Source of the DNA: an uncultured Verrucomicrobia subdivision 3 bacterium
GTDB taxonomy: Bacteria; Verrucomicrobiota; Verrucomicrobiia; Limisphaerales; DASXHY01
Direction: 5' to 3'
Length of the DNA: 64,000 nt
NCBI GenBank assembly: GCA_937890005.1
Contig: CALBZA010000085.1
Span: 2,366 to 66,365, forward strand
Both the position numbers and the translations under genes were made by a program. The notes below the pieces were generated by a model that saw nothing but the letters and a program-made list of their open reading frames with translations, ran no database searches and was not told where the DNA came from. Shown one piece after another: positions 58,569 to 64,000 of this stretch (position 1 is the first letter of the stretch; every line of letters starts with the position of its first letter).

Positions 58569-59438
58569 ATGAAAAAAACAGGCCTGGTTCTGTCTTTATT
58601 CCTCGCCGCCTCCGCGATCGTGAATGCTCAGATCACGGCTGAGGTGATTCTGCCGCAGGAACAGTTTCTGCCCGGCGAATCCATGCCGTTGACGGTTCGT
58701 GTGGTCAACCGGTCCGGCCGCACGCTGGAGATGGGGTCGGATCAGGAGTGGCTCAGCTTCTCCGTTGAATCGAAGGATGGCTACGTCGTGACCCGCAAAG
58801 GTGAAGTGCCGGTGAACGACGCCCCGTTCACACTGCCTTCCGCGAAGGAGGCGAGGCGGTACGTTGACATTGCCCCGTATTTTTCATTCCCGAGACAGGG
58901 CCGGTATGTTGTGCGGGCAACGGTTTTCATCAAGGAGTGGAATCAGGAGGTCACCAGCCCGCCTGCTGAATTTGATGTCATCATCGGCTCGGAGATGTGG
59001 AGCCAGGAGGTGGGAATTCCGAAGCAGCCCGGCGCCACAAATGACGCGCCTGAGATCCGCCGCTTCACGCTGCATCAGGCGAACTACCTCAAGAAGGGAC
59101 TGATGCTTTACGTGCAGATTTCAGATGCGAATCGTCAGGTCCTGAGAGTGTTTCCGGTTGGACCGATGCTTTCGTTCGGCCGGCCTGATCCGCAGATCGA
59201 CAGCGAGAGCAACCTGCACCTGTTCTATCAGAGCGGCAGACAATCCTACAATTACACGGTGATCGATCCGAGCGGAACGACGCTCCTCCGGCAGACGTAT
59301 GAAATGAGCGGTGTCCGTCCGAAGTTGAAACTGAATTCCGATGGCAAGTTTGAAGTGGTTGGCGCCACGCGTCGCATCAGGGCCACCGATCTGCCGCCTC
59401 CTGCACTGGCCAATGATGTCTCGGACGAGAAGCCTTAA
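58569..59438 (+). CDS. hypothetical secreted protein
   Basis: Signal peptide MKKTGLVLSLFLAASAIVNAQ and beta-rich composition. Confidence 0.55.
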   Translation: MKKTGLVLSLFLAASAIVNAQITAEVILPQEQFLPGESMPLTVRVVNRSGRTLEMGSDQEWLSFSVESKDGYVVTRKGEVPVNDAPFTLPSAKEARRYVDIAPYFSFPRQGRYVVRATVFIKEWNQEVTSPPAEFDVIIGSEMWSQEVGIPKQPGATNDAPEIRRFTLHQANYLKKGLMLYVQISDANRQVLRVFPVGPMLSFGRPDPQIDSESNLHLFYQSGRQSYNYTVIDPSGTTLLRQTYEMSGVRPKLKLNSDGKFEVVGATRRIRATDLPPPALANDVSDEKP

Positions 59439-60435
59439 CCTTCCATGCTGGATTCTTCTGTTGTTCTCGGCGTTGCGCTGGACGGCGCCCGCGGGAGCGG
59501 CGGAAGCGGTCACATTTCGGCTCAAGACCGGTGACAGAATTTCCGGAACCATTGTCGGGCTAAACACGAACGCCTTTGTTCTCTCCAACAGCTGGGTTTC
59601 CGCGCTGACAATTCCCCGAAGTCGTGTCGCATCGATCACCACCAACGTGCCCGCAGGCGTGAATGGCACGGAGGTGATGGTGTTTCAGGAGGTGGGACCT
59701 CCGACGCCGACCGCGAACCCAGCGAAGCCCAAGAACTGGAAAGGGGAAGCCCAGGTCGGGCTCGATCTCCTGTTCGGTGCCAAGGATCGCCAGATCGTTT
59801 ACGGACGGTTCAAGCTGAACTACCAGAAACAGTATGCCTCCGATCCAAAGAAGTTTTTCAGGAATGCATTCGACTATTCGGTCGAATACGGCGTGACCGA
59901 AACTCGCTATGAGGATGAGAACGGCGTTTTCCGACGCAGCCGCGAAAGAACATCCGACCGGATGTACGTCAGCGACAAGATGGCGTTCGACCTCATGGGA
60001 CCGTGGTACGTTTACAATGTGGCCGGCGGCGGATACGACCACATTCTTCGCATCAACGCCCAGTATGAAGCAGGACCGGGCGCTGGTTATCATCTTATTA
60101 CCCGAACCAACTTCACTCTGAACACGGAAGCCGGCCTTGTTTACCAGGCGCAATATCGCAGTGATGAAACGGAGGTGGAGGATGTGTATTACCGCCTCGC
60201 TCAGGACATCACATGGAAGTTGTGGAGCAAGGTGAGCATCGTCGAAAAGTTGGAGTATTTCCCGCGCGTCAACCTGACAGGCCATCGGATGCGGTTCGAA
60301 ACAACGCTCCGGTACGATCTCTGGAAGAATCTCGCGCTGAATCTGACAGTGCTGGATCTCTACGACACCGATCCGGCCGAAGGGATAGGAAGGAACGAAC
60401 TGCAGGTGCGGTCTTCGCTGGGACTCAAGTTCTGA
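59413..60435 (+). CDS. DUF481-like outer-membrane beta-barrel protein
   Basis: Signal peptide, alternating beta-strand pattern, and W.GEAQVGLDLLFG...RFKLNYQ. The likely start is ATG 59413 in track ORF 59341..60435. Confidence 0.55.
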   Translation: MMSRTRSLNLPCWILLLFSALRWTAPAGAAEAVTFRLKTGDRISGTIVGLNTNAFVLSNSWVSALTIPRSRVASITTNVPAGVNGTEVMVFQEVGPPTPTANPAKPKNWKGEAQVGLDLLFGAKDRQIVYGRFKLNYQKQYASDPKKFFRNAFDYSVEYGVTETRYEDENGVFRRSRERTSDRMYVSDKMAFDLMGPWYVYNVAGGGYDHILRINAQYEAGPGAGYHLITRTNFTLNTEAGLVYQAQYRSDETEVEDVYYRLAQDITWKLWSKVSIVEKLEYFPRVNLTGHRMRFETTLRYDLWKNLALNLTVLDLYDTDPAEGIGRNELQVRSSLGLKF

Positions 60436-60448
60436 TGCTCGCTCGTGC

Positions 60449-60994
60449 TCAGCGGCCTGATATGGCCGGTGCGGATTTCAGCTGAAGAATCTTTTCCACG
60501 ATCGCTTCCAGGTTCGGGAGGATGAAATCGTGATGAACCTTTCCGTTCCACGGTGACTGAATCAACAGGGACGTGCAGTTCACTGCGCGCGCTGCTTCGG
60601 CATCCTGCCACTTGTCGCTGATGACAAAGCACCGGTTCAGGTCCAGCTGCCATTTGTATTTCGCCTCCTTCAGCAATCCCGGATTCGGCTTCCGGCAGGG
60701 GCATCGGTCCGATTCCTCGTGCGGGCAGAGCAGGATGTCGTCGATGGGAAAGACCTTGCGCAGCCGGTCATGCATGTAATCCAGTTCGCGCCGTGAGAGA
60801 TTGCCACTCGCGATTCCCGGCTGGTTTGTCGTGACGAAAATCATCAAGCCCGACGATTTCAGTTTTTCCAGCAGAGGTGCGGCGGTTTCGTTGATCTTGA
60901 ACTCGGCAAGCGATGCCGGAGCGACCTGGCTGTTGCCCTGCACCCGGGCCTGGTTCAGCACTCCATCGCGCTCAATGAATACTCCCGTTTTCAT
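60449..60994 (-). CDS. HAD-IIIA phosphatase, GmhB-like (D,D-heptose 1,7-bisphosphate phosphatase family)
   Basis: TNQPGI, CPHEESDRCPCRKPNPG (a Zn-loop-like segment) and SDKWQD. Motif I reads FIERDGV instead of FLDRDGT. Confidence 0.7.
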   Translation of the reverse strand: MKTGVFIERDGVLNQARVQGNSQVAPASLAEFKINETAAPLLEKLKSSGLMIFVTTNQPGIASGNLSRRELDYMHDRLRKVFPIDDILLCPHEESDRCPCRKPNPGLLKEAKYKWQLDLNRCFVISDKWQDAEAARAVNCTSLLIQSPWNGKVHHDFILPNLEAIVEKILQLKSAPAISGR

Positions 60995-61899
60995 ACAAAT
61001 TTTTCTCGCGCAAATTGGCAGCGCTATCTCTTCAACTTTCGTTCATCGCGGGTGCGGCGTTTGAGTTCCATGTTGACGCGTTCGAGCGCATTGGAGGTGC
61101 AGGCGTTTTTGATGGCTGACGGGCAGCGCAAAAACAGTAAAGCCCTGCGGGAGATTTTCTTCCATCCAGCAGGCGAGTTTGGGCGCGTTCTTGGAGTAGT
61201 GGGTGACGATTTCCTTGAGCCGCGCTTCGGCTGCAGCGCGGCTTGAAGCTTCGAAGACACTTCGAATGGCCCGGGCGACTTCAGCGCGCTGATCCAGGCG
61301 CGGGACGTAAGCCTGGGCGTTTTGCTGAAGGTGGAATTGGCAGCGTTGCCAGGGGACGGAGCCGAAAACGGCCTGACGGGCGGCGGCCATGCCGGGATGA
61401 TCATCACTGACGATGAAGGTGACGCCGCACAGGCCGCGCTGGACCAGGCTTTGGAAGAAGTTGCGCCAGTGCGCTTCGGCTTCGCTGAGCCCGACGCTCA
61501 CGCCGAGAATAACGCGCTGGCCCTCGGGAGTGATGCCTAGGGCGATGAGGAGGGCGCAATCGCGGAGCTGGCCGTCGTGGCGGACCTTTTCGTAACGGGC
61601 GTCGAAGATGAGATAGGGACAACGACTCAAGGGCCGCTCGCGCCATTTTTGGAGTTCCGCATCCAGACGCTTGGCGAAATCACTAACGTGAGTGGAGCTG
61701 ACGGATGCACCGCAGAGTTCCTCGACGATGGCGGAGACTTTACGGGTGGAGACGCCTTGAACGTACATTTCGGCCAGGGCGAGTTTGAGGGCCTGCTCGC
61801 TTCGGATGCCTTTTTCCAGGGCGCTTGGATAGAATTCGGTTTGGCCGCGAACTTGAGGAACGCTGAAGCTATTGACAACTGCATAATAAAGTGAATTTG

Positions 61900-62436
61900 T
61901 CACAACAGTTCGGCCTGCTTCCAGAAAGCGGCTATCAGCTTGGGGCGGCGGCGGACATTTCGCAGTTGGCGGCGTCCAAACGCGCCGAGCTGGGCGATGT
62001 CCTTGGCGGTGAAGTTGGGCAGCCGATGCTGTTTGAAATATCCCCAGACATATTCAGCCGGATTGAGTTCCGGTGCATAGGCTGGAAGCGCGGTGGCATG
62101 AATCTGTCCCTGAAGGCTTTCCAGATATTCTCGGACGAGCCGGCTGCGGTGGATCATGGCGCCGTCCCAGATGATCAGCAGCTTGCCGGGAAGTTGTCGC
62201 TGGAGGTGTTTAAGAAATTCGATGACCTGCGGGCTTTTGATGGCTCCCGGGTAAAACTGGAAATAGAAATTCCAGACCGTTATCCCGCCGATGACCGAGA
62301 GCTTCTTCCAGTTAAAGTCAAATTCCAGCACCGGGGTTTTCCCGCGCGGAGACCATGTGCGCACACGATGAGGTTTCTGGCTGAGTCCGCTTTCATCAAT
62401 GAATACAATGATGCGGTCTTCTTTCAGGGCTTTTTT
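61900..62436 (-). CDS. IS630-family transposase, DDE catalytic part (orfB, reached by a -1 shift in the A8 run)
   Basis: The frame is open from 62436 and reads KKALKEDRIIVFIDESGLSQKPHRVRTWSPRGKTP...IWDGAMIHRS...AYAPELNPAEYVW, which includes the DDE residues. Confidence 0.75.
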   Translation of the reverse strand, partial: KKALKEDRIIVFIDESGLSQKPHRVRTWSPRGKTPVLEFDFNWKKLSVIGGITVWNFYFQFYPGAIKSPQVIEFLKHLQRQLPGKLLIIWDGAMIHRSRLVREYLESLQGQIHATALPAYAPELNPAEYVWGYFKQHRLPNFTAKDIAQLGAFGRRQLRNVRRRPKLIAAFWKQAELL

Positions 62437-62909
62437 TTAAGGCGCGGCCAGGTTTCCTGTTTCCAGCGCCGGATGGCTTTTTCATCGCGCTGGATGGCGC
62501 GTGTAGTGGGCCGCTGGCAGCTCCAGCCGATCTGTCCCAGAAGACGCCCCACATGGTCGGGATGGTATTGGATGCCGAAGAGATTCTTGATGACTTGGGC
62601 CACACGACCGGTGGTCCATAGTTCCGTGGGGAAGCCATGTGCGCCTGGCCCGGCCTTCAGGGCGCGTTTGAGAACCGGCAAATCCTTGGGTTTGAGGCGA
62701 GGCGGACGCCCGGCTTTGGGAGTCTTTTTAAGCGCCGATTTGCCACCTTTGGCCCAGGCGTTTTTCCAGCGACTGGCCGACTGGCAGGAAACGCCAAGCT
62801 GGCGGGCCACTTCGGCAGGTGCCAGTCCTTTGGCGAACAGAACGGCCGCCTTGAGACGCCGACGCTGCAGTGAGTTAAAATCGCGTTTTTGTCCTTTGGG
62901 AAATCCCAT
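62424..62909 (-). CDS. IS630-family transposase, N-terminal HTH part (orfA)
   Basis: The HTH regions are AEVARQLGVSCQSASRW and TTGRVAQVIKNLFGIQYHPDHVGRLL. The ORF ends just after an A8 run. Confidence 0.8.
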   Translation of the reverse strand: MGFPKGQKRDFNSLQRRRLKAAVLFAKGLAPAEVARQLGVSCQSASRWKNAWAKGGKSALKKTPKAGRPPRLKPKDLPVLKRALKAGPGAHGFPTELWTTGRVAQVIKNLFGIQYHPDHVGRLLGQIGWSCQRPTTRAIQRDEKAIRRWKQETWPRLKKKP

Positions 62910-63341
62910 ATGAAATCAGACAGCACTCCCGCAAATCCGTTCACTTTATTTTGCAGAGATCAATAATGGGGCCGGCCCGGCCGGTGACGGTCTTGGGTTT
63001 GTAGCCGTTGGCGTAACCTTTACGAGCATCGGTGCGTTTGTAGGGCTGTGCCTGGAGAACCTGATGACGTTCCACCCGCATGGCCTCATTAACGAGGATT
63101 TGCAGGCCTTCAGCGAAGCCATCGTGGCCTTGCTCAGTCAGGAGTTGCAGGACGTTGTTCAAGAGTTTAGGATCGGTGGTGGGCCATTTGATTTTTGATG
63201 TGGGATGTGTTGGTAACACCCCAACAGGAAACCAAAGTGGCCCGCCCTCGACCAGTTTTCGCGCTTTTACACCCCCAGCCTAGACATAACTTTTTGAAAG
63301 AATTGTCTGTACAGTATTTACATCCCTGCACTGAGCTGGGG

Positions 63342-64000
63342 ATGAAGGAAAAACGAAAAGGTTATCCGAGCGATGTCAGCGATGAAGAGTGGATTTTCTG
63401 CGTCAACTATTTGACGTTGATGAACGAGGAGGCTCCGCAGCGGGAGTATTCTTTGCGGTCGGTCTTCAATGCATTGAGGTACGATCCAAGTGGGCGGAGC
63501 CTGGCGGATGTTGCCTAATGATCTGCCTCCTTGGAATGTGGTTTACCAACAGACACAGCGCTGGATCAAAGCCGGATGTTTGAAGCCATGGCGCACGACT
63601 TGAGGGCGATTCCGCGAACGGCGTTGGAGCGAAAAGCCGATCCCAGCGCGGTGATCATGGATAGCCGGACGGTCCAATCCACGCCCGAGAACGGCGCGCG
63701 GGCGGGCTTTGATGGGCACAAGAAACGCAAGGGCTCGCCGAAGTGTAAGAGCCGGTGAAGGTGGCGTTCGTCGATCAAGCGACCGCCCCGCGGAAGCAGC
63801 AGCCAAACAGGGAATGGAATTACTCGTCGTCAAACATCATGAAGCCAAACGAGGATTTGTGTTGTTGCCGCGGCGGTGGGTCGTAGAACGCTCCTTTGCA
63901 TGGGCAGCTCGATTCCGGCGACTGGCAAGCGACTATGAACGACTGACAACCACCTTCGCCGGCTATCACTGGCTGGCTTTTGTAACGCTGATGCTCGGCA
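63342..64000 (+). pseudogene. IS5-family transposase remnant (several frameshifts, internal deletion), runs off the window
   Basis: The pieces lie in different frames: KGYPSDVSDEEW...LRSVFNALRY, WRMLPNDLPPWNVVYQQTQRWIKAG, DSRTVQSTPENGARAGFDGHKKRKGS, and the C-terminal GFVLLPRRWVVERSFAWAARFRRLASDYERL. Confidence 0.7.

Larger units (their letters stand above)
61872..62963 (-). mobile_element. IS630-family insertion sequence (1092 bp) with about 24-bp terminal inverted repeats and TA target duplication
   Basis: The left end TTGACAACTGCATAATAAAGTGAA matches the reverse complement of the right end, TTGATCTCTGCAAAATAAAGTGAA. TA dinucleotides flank it at 61870-71 and 62964-65. Confidence 0.8.
61024..63219 (-). 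pseudogene. IS256-family (mutator-type) transposase: interrupted by an IS630-family insertion, frameshifted near the 3' end, and 3'-truncated
   Basis: The N-terminal piece at 62966-63219 ends in GYANGYKPKTVTGRAGPI. The main piece at 61043-61869 reads SFSVPQVRG...EMYVQGVSTRKV...SDDHPG. The motif TSNALERVNMELKRRTR is in a different frame (ORF 61024..61407) and stops short. Confidence 0.8.

Noticed and set aside
1-64000. CRISPR arrays, rRNA genes, prophage or defence-island signatures
   Set aside because: No regularly spaced direct repeats, no rRNA-like conserved stretches, and no recognisable phage or defence gene sets were seen. The only mobile DNA is the IS cluster at the right end.

Overview
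This is a GC-rich bacterial chromosomal window, mostly housekeeping genes, with gene content that looks like Verrucomicrobiota or another PVC-group organism (low-confidence guess). I called about 60 CDS, one tRNA-Val(CAC), and no rRNA or CRISPR.

Main blocks, in order:
- **Oxidative-stress cluster:** a TrhO-RluA fusion gene cut by the window edge, then YkgJ, OxyR, a membrane protein, OsmC and a GAF-PAS sigma54 activator, with a candidate sigma54 promoter and palindromic upstream site.
- **Housekeeping genes:** dus, yraN-rnhB, two convergent rhomboid proteases, and lolCD.
- **Glutamate synthase:** gltB and gltD, separated by an inserted GxxExxY-family gene.
- **Further housekeeping:** a REC-GAF-PAS histidine kinase, an HscA-like Hsp70, recG, TerC followed by an unannotated Cys-rich mini-lipoprotein, mfd, and a pectin-degradation gene pair.
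- **Type II secretion / type IV pilus-like cluster:** a sigma54-driven Spy/CpxP-like gene, then a 12-kb cluster in the order E-F-G-H-I-J-K-L-M-C-D. Its secretin is encoded as two separate exported proteins.
- **Right-hand end:** folP, LPS-core genes, and an IS graveyard in which an IS630-family element sits inside a decayed IS256-family transposase, next to an IS5-family remnant.

Several intergenic regions carry long imperfect palindromes built from simple sequence words. I found no clear novel multi-gene system such as a defence island. The most unusual items are the split secretin, the Cys-rich lipoprotein after TerC, the GxxExxY cassette inside gltBD, and the TrhO-RluA fusion.

All functional calls rest on motif recognition by eye, not on database searches.
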